Origin: a virus
DNA: 36,598 bases
IMG/VR virus record: IMGVR_UViG_3300045988_086561
Span: 1-36,598 of that record
Reading direction: 5' to 3' (one strand)
Both the position numbers and the translations under genes were made by a program. Shown piece after piece: positions 17,339 through 25,404 of the stretch. Under the pieces are notes generated by a model. It searched no databases. It was not told the DNA's origin and was given only the letters and a program-made list of their open reading frames with translations. The first letter of the stretch is position 1, and each line of letters begins with the position of its first letter.

Positions 17339-18172
17339 ATGGCAACAAATCTGCTTGTAACCGGCTCGCACGGCGGCGACGACCCGCACGTGGAATCGAA
17401 GCATGACGCGCTCATGCACGCCGCCATGCTCGGTCGAGGCGGATACATTTTGAAAACCCGGAATTGGACGATGAAACCGACGGCGAAGGATGCGAACAAC
17501 ATCACCATCCCAGCATGGGACCTCGTGGTCGAGGGCCGGCAGATCTACATCGCCGCACCGACCGACGTGAACATCCAATCCGGCTCGCAAGGGCAAAAAC
17601 GACGCGATCTCATCGTGGCCCGGTACGCGTTGAACTCAGGCACCGGCGTGGAGACGGTCACCCTCGAAGCCATCAAGGGCAAGCCCAGCGCGGCCACGCC
17701 CGCGGATCCAGGCATCGAGACCGGCAGCATCATCGGCGGGGCCATCGTCTCCGCCCTGCCACTCTGCCGCGTCAACCTCGACGGCATCACCATCACATCG
17801 ATTGACACGCTGGTCAATGTTATGCAGCCCTTGGAGGATGTGTGGGATTCCCTAACCCCTGTCACAGGCCAAGTCAAGATGCCGTACTCCGACAGGTATA
17901 TCACTCTGGTTCGCGTCGGCCGCATCGTCACCGCCTACGCGTATATCACGCTGACAAGCAATTTCACTCAGGTCAGCAACACATCCGTCAACGAGACAAT
18001 CCCGGAGGGTTTCAGACCGTCCGGCGATTCCCGCGCGGTCATGCGCGGCACCGACAACGGCGGCGCGACCAGTTTCTACCTTTACGGCATGCCGGAGGGG
18101 AAAATGGTGTTGAACGGCACCGGATATGCCGGCCGATTCGTCGGTATATCCGGCTGTTGGATTACCGCGTAG
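17339..18172 (+). CDS. Tail fibre / receptor-binding protein A (constant N-part plus alpha tip cassette)
   Basis: Last structural gene of the left arm. The N-part is homologous to fibre B (GSQGQKR.DLIV.RYA, LDGITI). From DVWDSLT onward it is ~97% nt identical to fibre B. ATG 17339 chosen by alignment (MATNLLVTG vs MVELVTG). Confidence 0.75.
   Translation: MATNLLVTGSHGGDDPHVESKHDALMHAAMLGRGGYILKTRNWTMKPTAKDANNITIPAWDLVVEGRQIYIAAPTDVNIQSGSQGQKRRDLIVARYALNSGTGVETVTLEAIKGKPSAATPADPGIETGSIIGGAIVSALPLCRVNLDGITITSIDTLVNVMQPLEDVWDSLTPVTGQVKMPYSDRYITLVRVGRIVTAYAYITLTSNFTQVSNTSVNETIPEGFRPSGDSRAVMRGTDNGGATSFYLYGMPEGKMVLNGTGYAGRFVGISGCWITA
17848..17858 (+). repeat. Core S1: TTCCCTAACCC inside fibre A (codons Ser-Leu-Thr)
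   Basis: Read directly. TCC starts at 17849, in the fibre A frame. Confidence 0.9.
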
Positions 18173-18174
18173 CT

Positions 18175-18185
18175 TTCCCTAACCC
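18175..18185 (+). repeat. Core S2: TTCCCTAACCC, 3 nt after the fibre A stop codon
   Basis: Read directly. Same codon phase as S1 with respect to the beta cassette downstream. Confidence 0.9.
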
Positions 18186-18490
18186 AGACCGGAGTGCTGA
18201 CGCTGATTAACTCCACTTACGGTACCGTCAAAGGCTACCGTCGCGGCTCGCTCGTCACGTTGCGCATCGACTGGAAGTCGTCGGCGTCCGGCGCGTGGAA
18301 CACCGGCAATTTCGGAACCCTGCCTGAAAGTTGGCGTCCTCCAATGGACTTGAACTTCTCCTACGGCGGACGCGACGGGGCCAACCAGAAGACCATCAAC
18401 GTAAACGCGAACGGAACCATGACCTACGCCAATCAGGGCGGCACGCAGGGCACGAACGCGTTCGGCATGACCGTCTCATACGCGCTATGA
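18176..18490 (+). other. Beta cassette: start-less alternative fibre-tip coding segment
   Basis: Open from core S2 (SLTQTGVLTLINSTYGTVKGYRRGSLVTLRIDW...TLPESWRP...). No convincing RBS or ATG. Domain pattern parallels the alpha tip (..ITLVRVGRIV...TIPEGFRP...). Confidence 0.7.
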
Positions 18491-18541
18491 CCCGTGGGGT
18501 CACTGCAAGACAGTGCAACCGCCTGAGCCAGTGTCCCGAAG

Positions 18542-18868
18542 CTATGCGGCGGGCATCGGGTCGGCGGTCCTCCATACGCCGGTGCATCCCGCGTACGCGC
18601 TGTTCGGATTGCCAAGCATCGTGACGGTGCCATTGGCCTCGCCGTAACAGATGAATGTCGTTTCACCACCGAAAACGGCCACGGGCGTATTGGCGGTGAC
18701 GGGTCGATACCCTTCGGGGAGCTTCTCCTGAGCCTTCGTGTAATTGTTCTGCCCGCTACTGTTGAATTTCACGTTGCCGCCCGCGAAGCAGATATCACCG
18801 ATGCGCGTAAGCAAAATGCTGTCGCTGCTGTAAGGTACTCGCCACGTCGTAGAACGCTGGGTTAGGGA
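18542..18868 (-). other. Gamma cassette: start-less alternative fibre-tip coding segment
   Basis: On the - strand, open from core S3 (SLTQRSTTWRVPYSSDSILLTRIGDICF...KLPEGYRP...). No RBS or ATG. VPYSSDSILLTRIGDI parallels MPYSDRYITLVRVGRI of alpha. Confidence 0.7.
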
Positions 18869-18869
18869 A
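18859..18869 (-). repeat. Core S3: TTCCCTAACCC (- strand), 3 nt after the fibre B stop codon
   Basis: The plus strand reads gggttagggaa. In phase with the gamma cassette. Confidence 0.9.
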
Positions 18870-18871
18870 AG

Positions 18872-19687
18872 CTACGCGGTAATCCAACAGCCGGATATAC
18901 CGACGAATCGGCCGGTATATCCGGTGCCGTTCAACACCATTTTCCCCTCCGGCGTGCCGTAAAGGTAGAAACTGATCGCGCCGCCGTTGTCGGTGCCGCG
19001 CATGACCGCGCGGGAATCGCCGGACGGTCTGAAACCCTTCGGGATTGTCTCGTTGACGGATGTGTTGCTGACCTGAGTGAAATTGCTTGTCAGCGTGATA
19101 TACGCGCAGGCGGTGACAATACGGCCGACACGAACCAGAGTGATATACCTGTCGGAATACGGCATCCTGACTTGGCCCGTGACAGGGGTTAGGGAATCCC
19201 ACACGTCGCTCATCGGTTTCAACACGTTAAACAAGGGGACCGGTGTGCCGATGGTGATGCCGTCCAGCGGGATGCGGTACAAGGGCATGTCGTAGGTGGT
19301 GCCCCCGTCCAACGGGCTGGTGGTGTTCACGGCGGGGTCGGTGGGCGTGCCCGTGGTGGGCGTGCCCCTGACCACGACCAGTTTCGCGCTCTCGATGTTC
19401 TGCGAGCCCTTCGCATAGCGGCATACGATGAGGTCGTTGCGTTTCTGCCCCTGCGAACCGTTGGTGACGATCAGGCCCTCGGGCGTGCCTTGGCTGACGT
19501 GACGGCCCTGCATGACCAGCTCGCCCGTACCGATGGTCACCTTGTTCGCCGAAACGACCGTGATCTTGAGCTTGTCATGCACGTTGAGCACATAATCATC
19601 CAAGCCGAGAATGCCGGCGTTCAAACCAGCGGCCTGTTCCGCCGTGGCGTGAGCCTTGTTCGCGTGTCCGGTGACGAGTTCAACCAT
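18872..19687 (-). CDS. Tail fibre / receptor-binding protein B (constant N-part plus alpha' tip cassette)
   Basis: Mirror counterpart of fibre A. ATG at 19687 is preceded by ggaggcaagcaga and overlaps the upstream gene stop (ATGGTTGA). Confidence 0.75.
   Translation of the reverse strand: MVELVTGHANKAHATAEQAAGLNAGILGLDDYVLNVHDKLKITVVSANKVTIGTGELVMQGRHVSQGTPEGLIVTNGSQGQKRNDLIVCRYAKGSQNIESAKLVVVRGTPTTGTPTDPAVNTTSPLDGGTTYDMPLYRIPLDGITIGTPVPLFNVLKPMSDVWDSLTPVTGQVRMPYSDRYITLVRVGRIVTACAYITLTSNFTQVSNTSVNETIPKGFRPSGDSRAVMRGTDNGGAISFYLYGTPEGKMVLNGTGYTGRFVGISGCWITA
19186..19196 (-). repeat. Core S4: TTCCCTAACCC (- strand) inside fibre B
   Basis: The plus strand reads gggttagggaa. Encodes Ser-Leu-Thr of DVWDSLT in fibre B. 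Confidence 0.9.
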
Positions 19688-19922
19688 TCTGCTTGCCTCC
19701 GTTCTGCATCCAACTGTCGAAGCTGTTATCAAAGTCCTTGAGCTTGTTCACATAATCCGCGTGATCCTGCTCGCAGAACAGGTAGTCGTGGCCCGTGCCG
19801 GTGGAGTCCAGCCGGTTGACGTTGTACCACGTCTTGATATCCGGGTCGTCCAAGTCCTTGTACCATTTGTGTTTCCCGCACCGGTCGCATTGCATGACCG
19901 TCGCATTGTCGATACGCGCCAT
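19680..19922 (-). CDS. Small Cys-containing protein of the tail-tip module
   Basis: 80 aa, homologous to 17088-17336. Confidence 0.55.
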   Translation of the reverse strand: MARIDNATVMQCDRCGKHKWYKDLDDPDIKTWYNVNRLDSTGTGHDYLFCEQDHADYVNKLKDFDNSFDSWMQNGGKQNG

Positions 19923-19939
19923 AATCGGCTCCTTACTGT

Positions 19940-20911
19940 TTATTCGGCCCCGTAATCGACGCTTAGGACGCCGTCGGAGACCTTGACGATTTTCTTGCTG
20001 ATAGTCGCGTTGACGGTGATGCCGGTGAGATTATCCCTTGCGGTCACGGTGTCGCCAACGTCGAACACGATGCCCGAATCCTCATGCACGGTGACCTTCA
20101 CCTCACCCTCGGACTGCAGATCCTGTAGTTTCTCACAGGTCTTCTGGTTCAGTTCGGCGGTTTCGGCGTTGCTGTAGTCGTAGACCTGCGTTATCTCGTC
20201 CACGCCCCTGAGCGACTGGGTCTGGCTGACGTTGCCTTTCGCGTCCGCATACCAGTGGACGACCACGCGGGCCGCCAAATCGCCCTTGCCCAGGCCGATG
20301 AGATGGTTCGGTTTGCGCCACGTGCTGGTCGCGTCGAAATCGATAAGGTCGCTGTCAATCGAGTCGCCGTAATGCGCGACCGGTTCGGCCCAGATGTTGA
20401 CCTGGCCGGACGTATAGGCGAGCCTGAGTTTCAGTCCGTTGGCCGCGCACATCCTCCGCAAACCCGTATAGCAGTCCGTGTACCGGTCGAACTGGTATTG
20501 TTTGATGGTTGGGTCGTCACTGCCGTCAGGCGGTACAACCGCGTCGAACACCGAATCCAACCCGACACGGCTGATGAGCGAGCCGATGACCGTGCTGGCC
20601 GTGCCGCTCACGGTGAGATAATCCTTGCCCCTATCCGGTTCAAGGATTTTGTTCGCGAGCACGCCGTGCCATGTGCGCCCCGAGTAGGTGAGGGTGCTGA
20701 CGCCGGCAGTGAGCTGGTCTTCCATCGCATCGACCACGCCACCGCATTCGCTGCCGTCGACGTAGATATAGGCACCCGCGTCGATGGTGGACGCGCCGCT
20801 CACGACAAGTTCGAAATCGTTTTCCTCCTTGCCCCACGCGCAATCCAGAGTGAAGTCGGCGGCGGAACGGACATCGACGTGATTGGAGTCGGTGATAATC
20901 AGGTCCACCAT
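19940..20911 (-). CDS. Baseplate / tail-tip protein (minor tail protein)
   Basis: Homologous to 16095-17078. Follows Dit. Confidence 0.65.
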   Translation of the reverse strand: MVDLIITDSNHVDVRSAADFTLDCAWGKEENDFELVVSGASTIDAGAYIYVDGSECGGVVDAMEDQLTAGVSTLTYSGRTWHGVLANKILEPDRGKDYLTVSGTASTVIGSLISRVGLDSVFDAVVPPDGSDDPTIKQYQFDRYTDCYTGLRRMCAANGLKLRLAYTSGQVNIWAEPVAHYGDSIDSDLIDFDATSTWRKPNHLIGLGKGDLAARVVVHWYADAKGNVSQTQSLRGVDEITQVYDYSNAETAELNQKTCEKLQDLQSEGEVKVTVHEDSGIVFDVGDTVTARDNLTGITVNATISKKIVKVSDGVLSVDYGAE

Positions 20912-21768
20912 GACGGCGTGCTCCTCTCCTGGATCACGGTCAGGTCAAAGCCGAAGCCGTTCCACTGCACCTGGTGTTCTCCGGCCGGCAACGGCTGGAA
21001 GATATAACTGCCGCCGTTGATGCCGCTGCCTCGTTCGCCCTTGTCGAACACGTTCGTGGTGTCGCCGTTTTCTGCGGTCATGACGATGCTTCGTTGTCCC
21101 TCCACGCTGTTGACGGTCACATACGAGCCCGAGGGGATGTCCATATGCAATTCATACCGGTTGACGCCGATGATGATGGCCGGCTGTGAGACCGGCCCGT
21201 AGACCACCAGTTCGAACGGCATCGGCGAGACGGCATCGTTAGCGACCGTCGCGTTTCGTGTCGTCGGCAGGTAGTCGTGAGGGTAATCGTGCGGGTAATC
21301 AAGGTCGAGGCCCGGTTGCAGGGCATCCGACCAGAAATGCTGCACGTCGTCGCGCTTGTGCCACAGGCCGTCAAGCAATGCGACCGTGAGCGCGTACTTC
21401 GCGGGACCGGGCGGATCATAGGATGGTTCGATGCCGGTGATGAGCGCGGTCTGCGACCAGCCGTCCACGGTGAGCAGTCCGGCGTCGTCCTTGCTGCGGG
21501 ATGACGCCACGGCCTTTACGTCCGCGTCGAACAGTTCGCTCGCCACGTCCAGCACGTTGAGGTCGGCGCACGTGGCCTCCAATTGGACGCTTGACGCGTT
21601 GAGGGAGGCGGAGTCAATGCCGTGCGCGGCCAACTCCACCTCCCATGCGTGCGTGCGCAGGCTCTCGATGCGTTTGACCATGAGACCGGCCGGGTCGATG
21701 AGATCAACGGCCCCAGCCGAAACGGCGCGGCTTGATCCTCCGCCTCGCCGGTAGGTCATCGACTGCAT
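20899..21768 (-). CDS. Distal tail protein (Dit-like)
   Basis: Follows the TMP gene. Homologous to 15268-16104. Confidence 0.7.
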   Translation of the reverse strand: MQSMTYRRGGGSSRAVSAGAVDLIDPAGLMVKRIESLRTHAWEVELAAHGIDSASLNASSVQLEATCADLNVLDVASELFDADVKAVASSRSKDDAGLLTVDGWSQTALITGIEPSYDPPGPAKYALTVALLDGLWHKRDDVQHFWSDALQPGLDLDYPHDYPHDYLPTTRNATVANDAVSPMPFELVVYGPVSQPAIIIGVNRYELHMDIPSGSYVTVNSVEGQRSIVMTAENGDTTNVFDKGERGSGINGGSYIFQPLPAGEHQVQWNGFGFDLTVIQERSTPSWWT

Positions 21769-21783
21769 GACTGTCCTCCTGTT

Positions 21784-24700
21784 TTAGACGAGACCAAGCC
21801 TGCGCTTCTCTTCGCGGATGGTCATGGATGGCGTGTACTTAGCGATGGTCGGCCCCAAATCACCGTGCAATGCCTGCAGGTCGGAGCGCAGGCCGCGAAG
21901 CTCCACAAGCATCGACGCGAGGTCTGCGAGCCCATTCCCGGTTTCAGGCAATGGGGTGGAGCCCTCCACACCAATGGCGGAGCGCAACGTCATCGGCTGG
22001 AATGCCGACTGTGCGGCGGCCGTGACACCCTGCATCCGCTTCGCGATGTCACGCTGCAATGCGGGGGTGGCCTTGTCAATGCCCTCGCTGATGCCGGGCG
22101 GGATGTAGCGGCCGACTTCGTCGCGGAACACGCGGGACGGCGAATGGATGCCGAGCGCTTCCTTCGCCTTATCGACCAGTCCGGAAAGCGCGCCCTTGAT
22201 CTTGTCGTACAATCCGCCGATGGCACCGCTGATGCCGTTCCACAGACCACTGATGAGCTGCGAGCCGGCGTTTTTGAGCAGCGAGCCAGCTCCGGCGAAC
22301 ACGCCCTTGATGGCGCTCACGATGCCCGACACCAAGCCGCCGACCGCTCCGGCCGCGTTGGAAAGAATCGATTTGAAACTGTTCCAAGCTCCCGACCAGT
22401 TGCCGTTGATGAGGTTGGTGACCATGCTGATGACACCGGAAATAACGCCGACCACGCCCTGGATTACGCCTTGTATGCCGTCGATGACACCCGACACATA
22501 TGGGAGCATCGCCTGCACCGCAGGCAACAACGTACCGGTGATGAATCCGATGATTGCGCTCACTACCGAGCCGACCACGCTGATGATGCTCTGGATGACC
22601 GGCATCAGCTGTTGGATGATGCCTGTGATGCCCGAGACCGCATCGGTTATGACTGGCACGAGCTGTTGGATGAGCGGCGTGATGGCGGTGACCAGCTGGC
22701 TAACGAAATCCATGACCTGCTGGATTACCGGGACGAGCGCGGAGGCGAGCTGGCTGATGACTTGGCCTATCATCGACACGATCTGCGAGGCGACCGGCAG
22801 CAGCGCGGCGATGATGTCCGCCAACGGTGGCAGCAGGCTGGACACGAGCTGGCCGATGAGCGGCATGAGCGAGCTGAGCGCGTTCATGAGCGGTTCGATG
22901 ATCGTCGGGATGAGCGGTGCCAGCGACTGGAGTATGTCGCCGAACACTGGGATGAGCTCCGCGACAGAAGCGGTGATCACCGGCATGACCTGTTTGAACA
23001 TGTCCTGCAGGCTTTTGCCGAACGCATCGAACGTCGGCTTCATTCCCGCGATCGTGTTCTTGAACAGGTTGAACGCGCCGGTGACCTGCGTGCCGAAGGC
23101 GTTGCGCAGTTCCGGCACCGTGGCGATGAGCGTGCCCAACGCTGCGACGACGATGCCGATGGGTCCGCCCAACGCGCTCAACGGGCCGGACAATCCGCCG
23201 AGCACCCCGCCGAGCAACGGAATCTTGGACAGCAATGGTGCGATGCCGCCTGCTCCGAGGGCCATGAATGCAGCTATCAGAGGGGCGATGGCGCTCTGCA
23301 CGGGTTTGAATATCTCGCCGAGCCCGTTGAATACGCTGCCGATGGCGTTGATCGCGTTCTGGAACGGTTCAGGCAGGAGCGTCACCAGATCCGAGAACAG
23401 GCTCGGGATGGCTTTGACGACGCTCTGGGCGATGACCTTCACGCGGGGCAGGATGTTCTTCAACGCAGTGCCGATGGAGTCGGCGAGCTGCTGGCTGAGA
23501 GCGCCCATGTCGGCGTTCTCGTTGCCCAGTCCGGCGAGCCAGTTCTGCCATGCGGCCTTCATCGAGTTCACGGACCCCTCGATGGTGGTCGCCGCCTCCT
23601 TGGCGGTCGTGCCGCTGATGCCGAGGCTCTTCTGCACTCGGCTGATGGCCTCGGTCACGTCGGCGAACGAATCGATGGAAAGGTCGTTGCCTTCCTTCAT
23701 CACGCCCGGCAGCTTGTTCGCGTCGGCGATGAGCCGCTGCATTTCCGTCTTGGTGCCGCCGTAGCCGAGCTTGAGGTTGTCCAGCATCGCGTAATTGCCG
23801 CGAGCAAGCGACTGATACGTCTGTTGGATGGTCTGGATGTCGGTGCCCATCTTGTTGGCGTTGTCCGACATGTCGATGATGGCCTGATTGCCCATCTCTG
23901 CGGCCTTGGCGGTGTCCCCGCCAAGCGAACTGACCAACGAGGCCGCGAAGCTCGTGACCTGGTTCATATAGTCGTTCGCGCCGACGCCGGCCGTCTTGTA
24001 CGCTTCGGCCGCGTACTTCTGCACAGTGCCGGAAGCGCCCTTGAACAGGGTGTCGACGCCGCCGACCGCCTGCTCCCACGTGGCATACGCGCCCAACGCC
24101 TGCTTGCCGGTGGCCACCAGCGTGCCGCCGATGGCTGCCACACCTGCTCCGATGGCGGCGACCGCTCCCGTGGCGAGGCCCTTGATATGGGCGACCGCGT
24201 TTTGGGCGAGGTTTTTGAACGAGTTGCCTGCGCTGGAGGCGAGGTTGCCGAGCGTGCTGCCGATTGCCCCGGCGGCGGTCTGTGCTCCGGCTGGGAGTTT
24301 GGACCATACGGCTCCGGCGGCGGTGGCGATGTTGCCGAAGTAGTTCTTGGCTACGTTGGCTACCGGTGCGAGTTTCTGCCCTACTTTTCCTGCGGCATCT
24401 CCGATGGCGGAGCCGATTTTGCCGCCGAATGAGCGGATGGGTGCGGTCCAAGTAGCGACTGCCGTTCTGATGGTGTTGCCGGTTCTGCTTCCCCAGTCGC
24501 GAATCGGTTGCGTCCATGCGGTGATTGCCGCGCCGATTGGTTTGGCGATGCCTGACACGGTGGCTGCGATGCTGCCGCCCCAGCCTTTGAGGGTTTGCTG
24601 GGCGGCGCTGATGGCTCCCTTGAGTCCGGTTTGGATTTTCGCGCCGACCTGCACGGCGAAACCGCTCAATGAGGATACGGCCTTGTTCGCGAATCCGGCT

Positions 24701-25374
24701 ATCTTGGAGCCGAGCGGTTTCCAAATGGCGTCTACGCCGAGCAGGCTACGCACGAGGCTGCCGAGCGCTCCAGAGAGTCCGGTGAAGGTGGATTGGCCCC
24801 GGCTGATGCTCGAGAATCCAGCCGAGAACGAGCTTGCCATCGTCTTCATGGAACCGGATACGGTGTTGGTGCCCTTGGCGAGTTCGTCCTCGGCGGCCTT
24901 GAGCGCCTTCTTCGCGTCCGCGAGCCGTTCGGCGGCGTCGTTGGAATTGTCGAGAGCGGTGGCCTGACGCAACTGGGCTTTTTCGAGATTGATGGAGGCG
25001 GTCTGCGCCTGAGTCGAATCCGACCCGTATCTGGCGATGGCCGAGTTGAGCCTCTCCTGCGCCTGCTGCACGTTGACCGTGGCCTGACGGTAGTTCAGGA
25101 GCGCGGCGCTGGCCTTGGAGGACGCCTGCGCCGCGTCACGCTTCAACGGTTTCAGCACATCGTCGGCGACGCCCCGGGCACTCGAACCGAATGCCTTTTT
25201 GAAGCTGCCGCCGAACGATTTGCCGATTTTCGAACCGTTGCCGAACGCCTGGGAGAAACGGTTGGAACCGGACTTGCCGGCCCCCCGCATCTCCTTGTCG
25301 ACCGCGCTGCGGAAGCCCTTCATCGAGGGGAATATCGACACGTGGCCGGTTCCCACTTCCGATCCGAAAGCCAT
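21784..25374 (-). CDS. Tape measure protein
   Basis: 1196 aa with long Gly/Ala/Ser/Ile-rich repetitive helices (..LIPVFGDILQSLAPLIPTIIEPLMNALSSLMPLIGQLV..). Position fits. No evident similarity to the left-arm TMP. Confidence 0.9.
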   Translation of the reverse strand: MAFGSEVGTGHVSIFPSMKGFRSAVDKEMRGAGKSGSNRFSQAFGNGSKIGKSFGGSFKKAFGSSARGVADDVLKPLKRDAAQASSKASAALLNYRQATVNVQQAQERLNSAIARYGSDSTQAQTASINLEKAQLRQATALDNSNDAAERLADAKKALKAAEDELAKGTNTVSGSMKTMASSFSAGFSSISRGQSTFTGLSGALGSLVRSLLGVDAIWKPLGSKIAGFANKAVSSLSGFAVQVGAKIQTGLKGAISAAQQTLKGWGGSIAATVSGIAKPIGAAITAWTQPIRDWGSRTGNTIRTAVATWTAPIRSFGGKIGSAIGDAAGKVGQKLAPVANVAKNYFGNIATAAGAVWSKLPAGAQTAAGAIGSTLGNLASSAGNSFKNLAQNAVAHIKGLATGAVAAIGAGVAAIGGTLVATGKQALGAYATWEQAVGGVDTLFKGASGTVQKYAAEAYKTAGVGANDYMNQVTSFAASLVSSLGGDTAKAAEMGNQAIIDMSDNANKMGTDIQTIQQTYQSLARGNYAMLDNLKLGYGGTKTEMQRLIADANKLPGVMKEGNDLSIDSFADVTEAISRVQKSLGISGTTAKEAATTIEGSVNSMKAAWQNWLAGLGNENADMGALSQQLADSIGTALKNILPRVKVIAQSVVKAIPSLFSDLVTLLPEPFQNAINAIGSVFNGLGEIFKPVQSAIAPLIAAFMALGAGGIAPLLSKIPLLGGVLGGLSGPLSALGGPIGIVVAALGTLIATVPELRNAFGTQVTGAFNLFKNTIAGMKPTFDAFGKSLQDMFKQVMPVITASVAELIPVFGDILQSLAPLIPTIIEPLMNALSSLMPLIGQLVSSLLPPLADIIAALLPVASQIVSMIGQVISQLASALVPVIQQVMDFVSQLVTAITPLIQQLVPVITDAVSGITGIIQQLMPVIQSIISVVGSVVSAIIGFITGTLLPAVQAMLPYVSGVIDGIQGVIQGVVGVISGVISMVTNLINGNWSGAWNSFKSILSNAAGAVGGLVSGIVSAIKGVFAGAGSLLKNAGSQLISGLWNGISGAIGGLYDKIKGALSGLVDKAKEALGIHSPSRVFRDEVGRYIPPGISEGIDKATPALQRDIAKRMQGVTAAAQSAFQPMTLRSAIGVEGSTPLPETGNGLADLASMLVELRGLRSDLQALHGDLGPTIAKYTPSMTIREEKRRLGLV

Positions 25375-25404
25375 AAGGCGACTCCCCTCTTAGTTGATGG
25401 TTGT

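Larger units (their letters stand above)
17837..18187 (+). repeat. Central inverted repeat, left arm (alpha cassette including both bounding cores)
   Basis: 351 nt aligned by hand to the reverse complement of 18857-19207: 12 mismatches, all transitions. Homology starts a few nt before core S1 and ends 2 nt after core S2. Confidence 0.9.
18857..19207 (-). repeat. Central inverted repeat, right arm (alpha' cassette including both bounding cores)
   Basis: See 17837-18187. Confidence 0.9.

Noticed and set aside
17850-17858. The core contains CCCTAACCC, which resembles the eukaryotic telomere repeat
   Set aside because: It is a single unit only, sits inside a coding phase (Ser-Leu-Thr), and there is no tandem array. 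The resemblance is treated as coincidental.
18194-18490. The 98-aa ORF, and the 90-aa ORF at 18542-18814, as tail-fibre assembly chaperones (analogous to Mu U/U')
   Set aside because: Both lack an RBS and a good start codon. Both are open and in phase back to a core copy. Both resemble the fibre tip domain itself rather than a chaperone, so they are better explained as silent tip cassettes.
17837-19207. Diversity-generating retroelement (TR/VR pair) acting on the fibre tip
   Set aside because: There is no reverse transcriptase in the window. The 12 differences between the two repeat copies are all transitions in both directions, not adenine-specific substitutions.
21865-24432. 855-aa ORF on the + strand
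   Set aside because: It is antisense to the right-arm tape measure gene. Its composition is Arg/His/Asp/Gly-rich, which is typical of spurious antisense frames in GC-rich DNA. It has no RBS and no recognisable motifs.
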